Made by a program: the position numbers and the translations under genes. Positions 36,229 through 46,995 of a stretch of 62,368 bases of DNA are shown in pieces (position 1 is the stretch's first letter; each line of letters opens with the position of its first letter). Source of the DNA: a virus (lineage: Duplodnaviria; Caudoviricetes); IMG/VR virus record IMGVR_UViG_3300032157_000009, positions 1-62,368 of that record. One strand, given 5' to 3'. Under the pieces are notes generated by a model. The model worked only from the letters and a program-made list of their open reading frames with translations, made no database searches and was not told the origin of the DNA.

Positions 36229-39200
36229 ATGCATTGAAGAAAATCTTAGTTCTGTGCCTGGTCTTTTTGTCGGTCGTCGTCATGGCTCAAACTCATGTGC
36301 GGTTTGATCTGGCGGCGCCTTACTTCAATGCCAATCCGGCTTCCAATCGAGTGGTCACATTACAACCACTGACTCCGTTCCCGGGCAATCTAATTACTTA
36401 CACCTCGTCGGCGGCAGGAATCTTCTACCACTCCAACGCCTATATCGGAGACTATTCTGGCGTCGTAAAACCCAAGGGACAGTCGGCGCAGATTCCATTT
36501 CAGATCACCGTCACGGCCACCAATCTGGGCGTGATAGATGCGGATGACATCACTTCGGTTTTGGGACAGCAAAGTTATCCGTCCGCAGGCAAGTCGTCCT
36601 GGTCCATTCAATCAGCAGACCAACGATTCTTATTCACTCCAACCAATGCTGCCACAGCCGGGGATGGTCAGATTCTGGCCATCACCGGGGACAAGACAAA
36701 GTACATTGATGTGGCCGCTGGCAGCACCACTTACAATCTCATCAACTCGACCAATCTGCCGGCCACTTCCATTCGGCCGGGCACGGCAGGCATAGATATT
36801 TCCGGCAACGCCGCCACTGCCACCTTTGCTTCCAATGCAATTGATGTGGCCGGGTCTGCTTCCATCAGCATAGAAACCAATCTATTGCTGCGCACCCCTT
36901 CACTGACAACCGCCGTCACCAATGCCTGGCGTTTGGATGCCACCAATGCCGCGTTGCTGGCAGCCCAGAACGCCACCAATGCTGCTGCTTTGGCCATCAA
37001 CCTTGAGTTGACGGCAAGAACAAATCAGACCTCGCTTTCAAATGTGTTGCGCACTTCCTTTGCAGACATCAATGCCTCAAGCAGCACTGAATGGATCACA
37101 AACGCGCTGGCGTCCAAGACGGGAACCAATGAGATCCGTGCGGTGATTCACACCAACACCGCAAACGTATTGGCAGGCGCAGTGATCACGGCCACCAATG
37201 CGCTGGTTGCTCCAACGGTCTATGCTAATGCAATTGAATCCACGAACGCAAGCAGCCTTACGATCACAGCAGGTGGCGACACTCTGACGTTGGGGTCAGA
37301 TGCCGCGACGTATAATGGATCGAGCGGCTTTGTGGGAGTAGGCAGTTCCTTGACGGTGGACGCAAGCGGATTCAATGGCAATTTGACGACAGGCGACAAT
37401 ACGGTGCAAGAGATCGCTCAGAAGTTGGATGACCTGGTGGCCAGCGGTGCGGATCTGTCTGCGATTGATTTCCTGGTTGGGACGGCGAGCGGGTTGTTGT
37501 CGGGCGAGATTGCGGTGGGGATTACGCCGGGTGGTGAACTTGGTGGGACATGGGCCAGTCCTACGATTGATGACGGCGTGACGGTGACAAGTTGGGCATT
37601 GGGTGCATCCACGGCAACCACGCCAACCTCTGGCGACAACGACACAAGCTTGGCCACGACAGCCTTCGTGCAGACTGAACTGGTGGCGGCGACCAATGGT
37701 TTGCCGGCATTGCTTTCGGCCAAGGCAGGCACAAATGAAACACGGGCATTGATTCATACCAATGCGGCGAATATTTTTGCGGGCGAAGGTTCTGGTTTGA
37801 CCAATTTGAACGCCTCTGAATTGCGCAGTGGAACTGTTGCTGCGGCTCGTCTGCCGGCAAACACCGTCAGTTCAGACGGCATTGTGACCAGTGGCAGCGG
37901 ACAGGTGAGCAAAGTATGGAAGACCGACGGCAGTGGAAATCCAGGGTGGAGAGACGATGCGACCGGCGAACCTGGTGGCGGGATTACTACTATCAACGGG
38001 CTTACATCTGATCCGCAGAGCTTCGCCGTCGCGCGTACGTTAAACGATTTTCAGATCGCCTCCGCGACTGATACCCATACGTTCCATTTCCCATACGCTG
38101 GCGCGAATACGAATGGGCTATTGCATACAAATGACTGGGCGGTGTTCTCCGCGAAGGCGAGCGCGCAGTCGGTGATTGATGCTACCAATAGCGCAAGGCT
38201 GGCGATTCAATTAGAGCTTACGTCCCGCACAAACCAGGCGTCGCTGTCGAATGTTCTTCGGACATCGTTTGCGGACATCTCAGTGACAGGCGGCACGATA
38301 GACGGAACGGACACCCACGTTCTGTTCTTTGACGGAACTGACAATCCCGTCGGTGAGGCCGGGATGACTTACAATAAGACTACCGATGCCCTAACACTGG
38401 TCGGAGCGGTTTATGGGTCAAGCGGCAAGGGACAGTTGAGTGAGGACGGGAGAGTAGTTGCGAATTTCACTGGCGGCAACGAGAACTTGATTGCGGGTGA
38501 CGATTCACACACCGTTGCTAATACGGTTGACAGATCAGCCATCGTTGCAGGAGCGGCCAATGTTCTGGATGTTAATTCGGATCAAAGCGTTATTCTTGGT
38601 GGACAAGCTAACCGGATTGGTAATGGGGTTAACAATTATGGGAATTACGTCGGCATTCTTGCTGGCATTAACAATTCAATCTATGCGACACTAGGGACAG
38701 CAAATTACTCTACCATCATTGGCGGCAGCGGAAATATTATTAGTTCGAGCTACTCAACGGTAGGTGGCAGATCTGCGAGCTCTGGGCATGACGGCGTATT
38801 CATATGGGCTGACTCATCTACCGCAACCGCATTCGCCAGCACTGCCGTAGATCAATTTTTGATTCGCGCGACCGGGGGTGTTGGGATCAATACAAACAAT
38901 CCTTCTGGATTCTCCCTGTCAATTCACGGCAACACTTATCTCAATGGAGAAATGACCATTTCATCGCTTGCTGGATCTGAACTTGTTGTCACAGACGCAA
39001 ACCAAAAACTTGCCACCACTAACTCGCTTCCAATTTTGACGCTCGCCAATGGCACAACTTCTGCAGGCGCGTTGCGGATTGATGAAGATGACGACGACGG
39101 TGCAAACTATTTGGAACAAACAATCACACCTCTGTCTGGTGATCGCACCATCACTTGGCGCGACGCGTCTGGCACACCGGTCCTTTCCGGTGACACCTTC

Positions 39201-42200
39201 ACCGGGGATGTGACCGCTACAATCGACACTGACGGCGGCACGGCCTTGACCATTGCAGACTCCGTTGCCGTGACCGGCTGGACCTTAGGTGCGTCCATTG
39301 CCACCACACCGAGCAGTGGTGACAGCGACACATCGTTGGCCACTACAGCGTTTGTGCAGACCGAATTGGCGGCTGCCACCAACGGACTGCCTGCTTTGCT
39401 TGCTGCCAAGTCGGGGACGAATGAGACGCGGGCAATTATTTTCACAAATGCCGCCAATCGAATTGCCACTTCGGTACTTACCAACGCAGCCACTACTGCA
39501 GCGTTGGTGTATGCGGATGCCAACGGCGGTTACGGCGAGGCAACTGTGGCAAATGTTTATGGACTGTGGACAGGCACAGGCACATTCCCAACCCGCTTCG
39601 GAACGAACGCCGATGTTCATTTGATTCCTGGTAGCAACATCAGCATAACCACCAACACTGCAGGAAGCATATTTACCATCGCTTCATCCGGCGGGGCAGC
39701 GCTGGAATATGCCAATGCTCAAGACGTTTTCGTCACCACCGGCAATGACTCGGTGATCCTGGTGGATTCCGGCAGCAACATTCTGGCGACTTGGAACGGT
39801 GCGGCAGACACCTTCCTGCAAAACATTGCCGGCTCGACGCTGACGATGAACAGCGGCGGTGTGCAAATTGAGGCCACCGACCACGGCGTCTCGGTTGAAA
39901 CGGACGGCATCAACATCACCGGCACAGGCATCAGTCCCAGCACGCTGCTGGGCGTGGACGCGGACAGCGATCTGGTTTCCGTGACCTCTCTGTCATCGCT
40001 GAACGTGACGCTGCTCAACGCCACGAATGTTGCCACGATGATCACCAATGCGCCTTTCCTCAAGACGGACGCGAACAGCTTGCTGGCTTACACGGTGGAC
40101 GGCGCGAGCCTCACCAATCTGGCCAACGCGCCCGTGGTCATTGCGGGCGGCAACGTGACGGTGACGACCAACACCGTGGCCGGCACGGGCCAGAAGACTT
40201 ACACCGTGGCCAGCACGGGTGGTGGCGGTGATGCCACCAAACTGATGATGAGCGGCGGGCTCGGCACCGACGACACCTGGGCGGGATCAATCATTACGAA
40301 TTTGAACGCGGGTGCAACGGTCGCGCAATGGGACGCTGTATATCTCGGCAGCGCAAGTAAATGGCTGCTCGCGGATGCGAATGGATCGGGAACATATCCG
40401 GCGGTGGGAATTGTAACGGCGGGTGCGACCGATACACAGCCCGTTACTGTCGTGACCCACGGCACAATCCGCAACGACGCCTGGAACTGGACGATTGGCG
40501 GCACGGTTTATTTGAGCACGACGCCCGGCGGACTCACCCAAACCGCGCCTTCCACCGATGGCGACAAGGTTCAAATTGTAGGCACCGCCATCTCGGCGGA
40601 CATTATATTTATTCATCCCTCGCCTGACTACGGCACGATTGGCACGGTCACGGAAGGCGGCGGCGCTGCCCCTGCCCTGGCGGCAGTGCTCGCGGTAGGC
40701 GAAGACGGTAACGATCTATCGATCACCAATCTGGGCGCACTCTCCACCGACACCCTTACCAACACGGCCACGACTTCGGCGCTGGTGTGGGCGGACGCCA
40801 ATGGCCGGCATGGTGAGGCGACCTTGGCGAATGTGCAGACGGTGTTTGCAGGAACGGTCCTCACCAACGGACACAGCGCAGCCGTCACGTTCAGCAACTT
40901 CACCCGCATTGAAGGCATCGCGAGCGCCCGCACGAACTTCACAGATTGGATTGAAGCGACCAACAGCAGCAGTCTGACGATTGCGGCGGGCGGCGATACG
41001 TTGGTGCTGGGTTCGGATGCCGCGACCTACAACGGGTCGAGCGGATTTGTCGGTGTGGGGAGTTCGTTGACGGTGAATGCGAGCGGCTTCGACGGCAACC
41101 TCACCACCAGCGACAACACCGTGCAGGAGGTTGCGCAGAAGCTCGATGACCTGGTTGCCAGCGGAAATCTAACCATCTCAAACACCATCCTTGTGGCCTT
41201 GAATGGTGACGATGCCACGGGCGAGCGCGGCAACTGGAACAAGCCCTTCCGCAACCTGGACACGGCCAACAGCAATTCCCTGGACGGGATGACGATTGTG
41301 GTGATGCCGGGCTATTACACCAATCGGAATCCCATCTGGTTCAGCAATAATGTTCACTTCGAGTTTGTTGGTCCGGGCCGGTTGTTCAGCACGGGCAATG
41401 GGCCGCTGTTTCTGGACGCCGGTCAGACGCGCAACGTGCAGCTTCATGCGCCCGGCTGGAGGTTCATTGGAACGAACACCCAGCGGATTGTCTCCATCAC
41501 CGGGGCGGGCACAAAGCTGGATTGGACTTCCAAAACCGCTTGGGGGGATGTCGGCGAGGTCTTCTACTCGAGCGGCGTGGGTGCCAAAATGCGGCTCGCC
41601 GTCCAGCAGGTCTGGAACACCAATGGCAACGCCGCTGTCTATGCGAGCAATACCGATCTGGAGCTGGACGTGGATGAAATGTGGTCGCAGGACGCCACCT
41701 ACACGCTCTACTTGGATTCATTCGGTGCCAACTCGCCTAGAATTCATGGCCGGGTGGGCCGGCTCTACAACATTGACGGCTTCGGCGCTTTGGGTTCTGA
41801 CGCGCTGTCGGCTACCACTGTCATTGCGCTTCAAAACGATTTCATGGACGCGTGGGATTGGACCGTCTGGCTGGTCGGCTCGGCCACCAATGCGGTGATT
41901 GATTCCAAATGGATTCAGGGTTTCGGGGACTGCACAGTGGTTTCAACACTTGGAAATCTGACAATTCGCGGCGCCACCATCCACAATTATTCTAATGCCG
42001 ACATTGATGGTGTGGCGCACTCTGAAAACGGATTGCTGACACTTGAGGGGGTGACGATCACGCGCACTAACAACTGCGTGGACTGTTACGACATCCGCAC
42101 CACCGGCACGGGGAGGATACATTACAAGGCCAGTGTGTTTGATGAAAGTCGGATGGCTCTGATCGGCGCGGATACGATTACTCGTCTTGATAACTACAAC

Positions 42201-43529
42201 CTGGGCAATGCGCATGTTTCCAAGACCAACTTTGTGAATGCGCTGGTCCTCACCAATCTCAACCAGGGCAACGCCACGGTGGCGCTCGGACTGGACGGCG
42301 CGACTGGCTTGATCACCACCAATGGCGTGCCGGGCGGCTCAGGCGATGATCTCGGGGACGCCACGGCGGCTGATGTGCAGGCGTTATTTCCCAGTCCGAT
42401 CCTGACCAACGGACACACCGCACGCGTGTTCCTTGGGAATGGTTTGTTGTCCACCAACGCTGCAGCCACCAACCTCTTTTCCGGCCCACTACTTTCACCG
42501 GGCGATGGCTCGCAATCGTTCAAGGCGGGCGAGGCGGCGGATGCTGACGGCAACGGTTCGACGGCGGTCGGCGTGGGCGCGACCGCGCCTGGTGCAGACG
42601 GCACGGCGTTTGGCCGCAACGCGCAGGCCAACAACGAAAATTCCACAGCCCTGGGTGAAGGCACGGCGGCAGACGCTAATCTTGCCACGGCAGTGGGTGC
42701 AGAGGCTGGAGCATCTGGATCCAGCTCAACTGCGATTGGCGGCGCGTCCTCTGCCAGTCATGGCAACTCCACCGCTCTGGGCACGAGCGCCACCACCACC
42801 GAAGCGAATCAGATCCGCCTGGGCACAGCCTCGGAAAACGTGAGCGTCCCCGGCGGCTTGCGCGTGAATGGAACCATCTTTGCCACCAATCTCACGGCCA
42901 GCCAGTTTGTGGCCACGGACGCGGACAAGAAACTCGTCAGCACCTTGAACGGTTCGACGTTGACAGATCTGAACGCGGCGAATCTCGGAAGCGGCATCAT
43001 CCCCGATGCGCGGATGCCAAACCTAACCGGCGAAGTGACTACCAGCGAAGGCGCAGTCGCCACTACCATCGCGGACTCCGTGACCGTAACCGGATGGGAA
43101 CTTGGCGCAAGCACGGCCACGACGGCGAGCGCAGCGGATAGCGACACGTCGCTGGCGACCACTGCCTTCGTTCAAACGGAAGTGGACTCCACGAAGACGG
43201 GAACTCATACAACGCCATCCACCTCCAATCCGCTCGCGCCGACCTGGAGCGGGCCGTCGCACATCATCTGGTATGGCGCGACGGGCGAGATTGATCTGCC
43301 GGCGGCGGCGGGTTACGCGGAGCGTGGCATCATCATCTATAACACGGGCGCGTTCACCGTCACGATGGACCCAAACGGCAGCGAAGTAATTGTGCGAGAT
43401 GGCACGGTGCAAAGCGCCGGCATTTCCATGACGCTCGCCAGTGGCGCGGGCAATTATGTATCGCTCATCTCAGATGGCACGCGCTGGATCACGCTCGGCT
43501 TCAAAGGAACGCTTGCGGCAGGATCATAA
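36225..43529 (+). CDS. Giant mosaic tail fibre/adhesin (2434 aa) with N-terminal signal peptide
   Basis: MNALKKILVLCLVFLSVVVMA/Q; three D.DTSLATTAFVQTE fibre repeats; YadA-head-like repeats (STAVG/GTAFG/STALG); a beta-helix-like segment. Confidence 0.85.
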   Translation: MNALKKILVLCLVFLSVVVMAQTHVRFDLAAPYFNANPASNRVVTLQPLTPFPGNLITYTSSAAGIFYHSNAYIGDYSGVVKPKGQSAQIPFQITVTATNLGVIDADDITSVLGQQSYPSAGKSSWSIQSADQRFLFTPTNAATAGDGQILAITGDKTKYIDVAAGSTTYNLINSTNLPATSIRPGTAGIDISGNAATATFASNAIDVAGSASISIETNLLLRTPSLTTAVTNAWRLDATNAALLAAQNATNAAALAINLELTARTNQTSLSNVLRTSFADINASSSTEWITNALASKTGTNEIRAVIHTNTANVLAGAVITATNALVAPTVYANAIESTNASSLTITAGGDTLTLGSDAATYNGSSGFVGVGSSLTVDASGFNGNLTTGDNTVQEIAQKLDDLVASGADLSAIDFLVGTASGLLSGEIAVGITPGGELGGTWASPTIDDGVTVTSWALGASTATTPTSGDNDTSLATTAFVQTELVAATNGLPALLSAKAGTNETRALIHTNAANIFAGEGSGLTNLNASELRSGTVAAARLPANTVSSDGIVTSGSGQVSKVWKTDGSGNPGWRDDATGEPGGGITTINGLTSDPQSFAVARTLNDFQIASATDTHTFHFPYAGANTNGLLHTNDWAVFSAKASAQSVIDATNSARLAIQLELTSRTNQASLSNVLRTSFADISVTGGTIDGTDTHVLFFDGTDNPVGEAGMTYNKTTDALTLVGAVYGSSGKGQLSEDGRVVANFTGGNENLIAGDDSHTVANTVDRSAIVAGAANVLDVNSDQSVILGGQANRIGNGVNNYGNYVGILAGINNSIYATLGTANYSTIIGGSGNIISSSYSTVGGRSASSGHDGVFIWADSSTATAFASTAVDQFLIRATGGVGINTNNPSGFSLSIHGNTYLNGEMTISSLAGSELVVTDANQKLATTNSLPILTLANGTTSAGALRIDEDDDDGANYLEQTITPLSGDRTITWRDASGTPVLSGDTFTGDVTATIDTDGGTALTIADSVAVTGWTLGASIATTPSSGDSDTSLATTAFVQTELAAATNGLPALLAAKSGTNETRAIIFTNAANRIATSVLTNAATTAALVYADANGGYGEATVANVYGLWTGTGTFPTRFGTNADVHLIPGSNISITTNTAGSIFTIASSGGAALEYANAQDVFVTTGNDSVILVDSGSNILATWNGAADTFLQNIAGSTLTMNSGGVQIEATDHGVSVETDGINITGTGISPSTLLGVDADSDLVSVTSLSSLNVTLLNATNVATMITNAPFLKTDANSLLAYTVDGASLTNLANAPVVIAGGNVTVTTNTVAGTGQKTYTVASTGGGGDATKLMMSGGLGTDDTWAGSIITNLNAGATVAQWDAVYLGSASKWLLADANGSGTYPAVGIVTAGATDTQPVTVVTHGTIRNDAWNWTIGGTVYLSTTPGGLTQTAPSTDGDKVQIVGTAISADIIFIHPSPDYGTIGTVTEGGGAAPALAAVLAVGEDGNDLSITNLGALSTDTLTNTATTSALVWADANGRHGEATLANVQTVFAGTVLTNGHSAAVTFSNFTRIEGIASARTNFTDWIEATNSSSLTIAAGGDTLVLGSDAATYNGSSGFVGVGSSLTVNASGFDGNLTTSDNTVQEVAQKLDDLVASGNLTISNTILVALNGDDATGERGNWNKPFRNLDTANSNSLDGMTIVVMPGYYTNRNPIWFSNNVHFEFVGPGRLFSTGNGPLFLDAGQTRNVQLHAPGWRFIGTNTQRIVSITGAGTKLDWTSKTAWGDVGEVFYSSGVGAKMRLAVQQVWNTNGNAAVYASNTDLELDVDEMWSQDATYTLYLDSFGANSPRIHGRVGRLYNIDGFGALGSDALSATTVIALQNDFMDAWDWTVWLVGSATNAVIDSKWIQGFGDCTVVSTLGNLTIRGATIHNYSNADIDGVAHSENGLLTLEGVTITRTNNCVDCYDIRTTGTGRIHYKASVFDESRMALIGADTITRLDNYNLGNAHVSKTNFVNALVLTNLNQGNATVALGLDGATGLITTNGVPGGSGDDLGDATAADVQALFPSPILTNGHTARVFLGNGLLSTNAAATNLFSGPLLSPGDGSQSFKAGEAADADGNGSTAVGVGATAPGADGTAFGRNAQANNENSTALGEGTAADANLATAVGAEAGASGSSSTAIGGASSASHGNSTALGTSATTTEANQIRLGTASENVSVPGGLRVNGTIFATNLTASQFVATDADKKLVSTLNGSTLTDLNAANLGSGIIPDARMPNLTGEVTTSEGAVATTIADSVTVTGWELGASTATTASAADSDTSLATTAFVQTEVDSTKTGTHTTPSTSNPLAPTWSGPSHIIWYGATGEIDLPAAAGYAERGIIIYNTGAFTVTMDPNGSEVIVRDGTVQSAGISMTLASGAGNYVSLISDGTRWITLGFKGTLAAGS

Positions 43530-43530
43530 C

Positions 43531-44298
43531 ATGAAGCTTATTATTTTCATCTCGCTCCTCCTGCCTGGTATCTGCTTCGCGCAGCCGGGTTTGTTGGCAT
43601 TCACCACCTCCACGCACGGTCAGCCGAGTGGCAGTTCCAACTTTACCGCCAGCTCGGTTTGGGACTGGCCAGCCGGCGTGACGACGGTGGGCATTCAATG
43701 TTGGGGCGCGGGCGGTGGCGGCGGCGCTTCGGATACTTCCGGCGGCGCGGCGGGCGGCGGCAAGGGTGGCGGCTGGGCCACGAACTTTGTGACCAAGGGC
43801 GCGGAAGCTTCCTTGACCATCATCATCGGCGCGCAAGGCAGCGCGGGAACAACTCCTGCGAACGCTGGCGGCAACGGCGGCACGACGCACGTTTATCGCA
43901 CGGGCACCACGGACACGAATTGCCTGGCGACCGGCGGCGTGGGCAGCGCGGGCAAGACCGGCACGGGCGATGGCGCGGGCGCGACCACGGAAGTGGGCGT
44001 GGCGATTGGCAGTTCATCTTTCGCGGGTGGCAACGGCGGCACAGGTGCGGGCGCATCTGCTGGCGGTGGCGGCGGCGGCGCGGCCAGCAATGGCGGCGCG
44101 GGCGGCGATGCCAGCGGCACGACGGGCGGCAGCGGCACGGCCACGAATCCCAATCTCGGCACGGGCGCGAATGGCACCGCGAACGTCGGCGCGCAAGGCA
44201 GCACGTATGGCGGAGCGGGCAGCGGGGGACGCTGCAACAACGCAACGGATCGGGTGGGTGGAGCGGGAACGGCGGGGTATGTGCGGTTGATCTGGTGA
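43531..44298 (+). CDS. Glycine-rich adhesin-like protein with signal peptide
   Basis: MKLIIFISLLLPGICFA/Q; PAGVTTVGIQCWGAGGGGG...GYVRLIW. Confidence 0.8.
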   Translation: MKLIIFISLLLPGICFAQPGLLAFTTSTHGQPSGSSNFTASSVWDWPAGVTTVGIQCWGAGGGGGASDTSGGAAGGGKGGGWATNFVTKGAEASLTIIIGAQGSAGTTPANAGGNGGTTHVYRTGTTDTNCLATGGVGSAGKTGTGDGAGATTEVGVAIGSSSFAGGNGGTGAGASAGGGGGGAASNGGAGGDASGTTGGSGTATNPNLGTGANGTANVGAQGSTYGGAGSGGRCNNATDRVGGAGTAGYVRLIW

Positions 44299-44302
44299 AT
44301 TT

Positions 44303-45238
44303 ATGAAGACATTTTTACTGATTCTGGCAATCGGAAGTGCGCTGTGCGTAGACGCCGCCACGATCACCAAGTGGAACAACCTCAACGTGGGCGGCGGGAG
44401 TTCCGCCTTCCGCGTGCAGGACACGGTGATCACCAATGAAGCGCCCGTCGTGTTGAACCTCTCGGATTACGATGTGTTCAAGCTCAAGATTCTCACGAAC
44501 TACTCGCTCAAGTTCACGAACACCGCCGACCTCACCAGCAAAGCCTACGTTTACTATCAGCAGGACACGAATGGCGGCTGGAGCAACCTTTTAACGAGCG
44601 TTCACGGCGGTTTAATCCAGACCAATGCCTACCTGCAAGCTACCACGAACGCGAACGCGCTCGATCTGTTGGAGGTTGTCCCCGGCTTTTTCACGACCAA
44701 CCTGATGGCCTACTGGCCGCAGAATTTCCAGCCGCGGGTGCCGTTTCTGGACACGATTGGCGGTGGGGGTGGGGGTGGCGACCCGCAATGGTTCGATGTG
44801 GAGACGGTGGGCAACACGGACACGGACGCCGGAACGTCGGTTGATGCGACAGAATGGTCGCCGATCACCCTCGGCGCGGGTGATGCAACCAAGGGGCGAA
44901 TCTGGTTTCAAACCTGCGCGGGCAGCGGGTCGTTTAAGATGGGGCTTTACAGCAACGACGGCAACACGCTGCTGGCTTCTGGTGAGGTTTCTTACACGAC
45001 GGCGGACGATGCTGTGTTCAAAGAAATCACCTTCGACACCCCGGCCACCGTGAGTGCTGGTAGCTATTTGATCGCCTGGTCGTTTTCAACGGTGGACCCG
45101 GGCATTCGGCGCAAGGCCGGTGTCGGAAACTGGAAATCGAAACTGTCTCATCCCTACGCCAACTTTCCAACGGCAACCCTACCATCTCCCGATTTCGACC
45201 TGGCGCGAAACTACGCCGTTTCCGTTTACGTGGAATGA
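44303..45238 (+). CDS. Two-domain fibre-associated protein with signal peptide
   Basis: MKTFLLILAIGSALCVDA/A; TN-rich N-terminal domain, poly-Gly linker, beta-sandwich-like C-terminal domain. Confidence 0.75.
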   Translation: MKTFLLILAIGSALCVDAATITKWNNLNVGGGSSAFRVQDTVITNEAPVVLNLSDYDVFKLKILTNYSLKFTNTADLTSKAYVYYQQDTNGGWSNLLTSVHGGLIQTNAYLQATTNANALDLLEVVPGFFTTNLMAYWPQNFQPRVPFLDTIGGGGGGGDPQWFDVETVGNTDTDAGTSVDATEWSPITLGAGDATKGRIWFQTCAGSGSFKMGLYSNDGNTLLASGEVSYTTADDAVFKEITFDTPATVSAGSYLIAWSFSTVDPGIRRKAGVGNWKSKLSHPYANFPTATLPSPDFDLARNYAVSVYVE

Positions 45239-46956
45239 AAGCCTTGCTCTTAATCCTGCTCTTGAGCGTGCTCCCGGTGCGGGCCGCAACGATCAATGCC
45301 GCCAGCGCGTCCCGCGCGCACGTCGGCGCGGCCTACGCCACGCCTGCGGTGGACGGTGATGTGATTGTCATTCCGTCCGGCACGGCATCGTGGGCCACCA
45401 AGCTGGATGTGACCAACGCGGTCAGTTTCATCGGCGCTGGCACAGCCAGCACGATTCTGCTTTGCGATTCCAACACGCCGTTGTTTGAGTTCTACACCGC
45501 GAACTTCACCGGCAAGACGCAGATCGTGGCCGAGATTCAATTCGCCGCCGGCACTACCCCGTCCTCGGCGGCGTGGTGGTATGTCCACGGTTGCAACACC
45601 AACAACAACCGTTTCATCACGTCAAATATGTGGTTCAACGGCACGACCGCGCCGTGCCCCTTCGTCATTGGTGCGGTGGGGGTGATGAAGTCAAACCGCT
45701 GGGACATCACCAGCAACATCGGGCTTTACATCTACCATCAGAACTGGAACGGGGAGCTGTATTCGCGCGGCTCGTTTTATGATCCCGTGGATTACAACTC
45801 GGACGAGTTTTGGATGGTCGAAGGGTCGATTGTCAACGGCAGCGGCGCGGCCTACGCCTTCACAGACGCCTATCGCGGAGCCCGCTATTGGGTGCGCTAC
45901 ACCGCGATCACGAATCGCTGGCTGGAAGCGCACGGGACGGAGAGCGGCTTTGTGGGCGGCACGAGGGCCGTCGTGAGCGATCACAACATTTTTCACGGCG
46001 ACGGCTCCAGCACCTACGCGCACAACATGCGTTCCGCCACCTTGATTGCGTTCTCTAATCGCGTCCACAACGCCGGTTCGGCAGCCAACTTCGGACACCT
46101 TGATTCGTATCGGAAAGTCTATTGGGCAGCCCCGTGGGGTCAGGCCAATGGGGAGAATCCGATTGATGGCAACGACGCCACCATCTACGCCACGGGCAGG
46201 GCGTCTGGCGGCGGGGAAAAGTTTCTGGTGGACAGCACCAAGAGCTGGACCCCGATGCAGTGGGTGGGCTACCAGCTCACGCGCACGAACCCGTTGAACG
46301 CCGATAAAACCGCCCTGACCGATTTCCGGTCGGGTTACATCTCCTCGAACAGCGCCACGGTGATTACGGTGGCCAACAGCATTGGGGGCGCGTTTCCAAA
46401 CATCTATTTCACGAACAATGATGACTACCGAATCTTGAGGGTAGATCAAGCCTTCGACCAGCCCGGCGTGAAAGACAATGTGCAATGGACCTGGCGGAAG
46501 AATTCCGCGCTCACTGTATCTGCAAATGTCGCCACGGCCACGATGAGCGCGCACGGTTTTACGACGGGCGACCACATCATCGTGGGCGACCTGATCGTGG
46601 GCGTGGCCGAGCTGACAACGATGGCGCAAATCACCGTCGTCAACGAGAACAGCTACACCTTTCCACTCTACACCGCCAACGGCACGGCCAGCGCGCAGTA
46701 TGAGGGTTGGGTGAGCAAGATTCTAACATACAACCAGGGACTGGACCCGTGCTACGAATGGGGAAACAAGCGCAGCGACGAAGCAGATTTGGACTTCGCG
46801 CCGTCGGCAGCGTTCATCCGCGCGGATGAGCACTACTACAACGACACCGTGAAGCCTGGATACACGGGCATTCCGTTTCCGTGGGGGAGTGAATCCGCCG
46901 CCACCCACAACCTGAGCGTTGGCACGCTGAATGTGAATAATTTGATTGAACGCTAG
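45235..46956 (+). CDS. Beta-helix (pectin-lyase-like) depolymerase candidate with signal peptide
   Basis: MKALLLILLLSVLPVRA/ATINAASAS...DGDVIVIPSGTASW, a typical beta-helix cap. Confidence 0.7.
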   Translation: MKALLLILLLSVLPVRAATINAASASRAHVGAAYATPAVDGDVIVIPSGTASWATKLDVTNAVSFIGAGTASTILLCDSNTPLFEFYTANFTGKTQIVAEIQFAAGTTPSSAAWWYVHGCNTNNNRFITSNMWFNGTTAPCPFVIGAVGVMKSNRWDITSNIGLYIYHQNWNGELYSRGSFYDPVDYNSDEFWMVEGSIVNGSGAAYAFTDAYRGARYWVRYTAITNRWLEAHGTESGFVGGTRAVVSDHNIFHGDGSSTYAHNMRSATLIAFSNRVHNAGSAANFGHLDSYRKVYWAAPWGQANGENPIDGNDATIYATGRASGGGEKFLVDSTKSWTPMQWVGYQLTRTNPLNADKTALTDFRSGYISSNSATVITVANSIGGAFPNIYFTNNDDYRILRVDQAFDQPGVKDNVQWTWRKNSALTVSANVATATMSAHGFTTGDHIIVGDLIVGVAELTTMAQITVVNENSYTFPLYTANGTASAQYEGWVSKILTYNQGLDPCYEWGNKRSDEADLDFAPSAAFIRADEHYYNDTVKPGYTGIPFPWGSESAATHNLSVGTLNVNNLIER

Positions 46957-46995
46957 CAAATGATGGACAAGTCTGTACATGGTTTTAGGGCAAAT

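Noticed and set aside
42520-42830. Trimeric autotransporter call from the YadA-like repeats
   Set aside because: No C-terminal beta-barrel anchor; such repeats also occur in phage fibres.
43659-44436. Arg-rich alternative-frame ORFs over the glycine-rich gene
   Set aside because: By-products of GGC-rich codons.
36225-46956. Diversity-generating retroelement acting on the fibres
   Set aside because: No reverse transcriptase seen, and the internal duplications differ at all base types rather than only at adenines.
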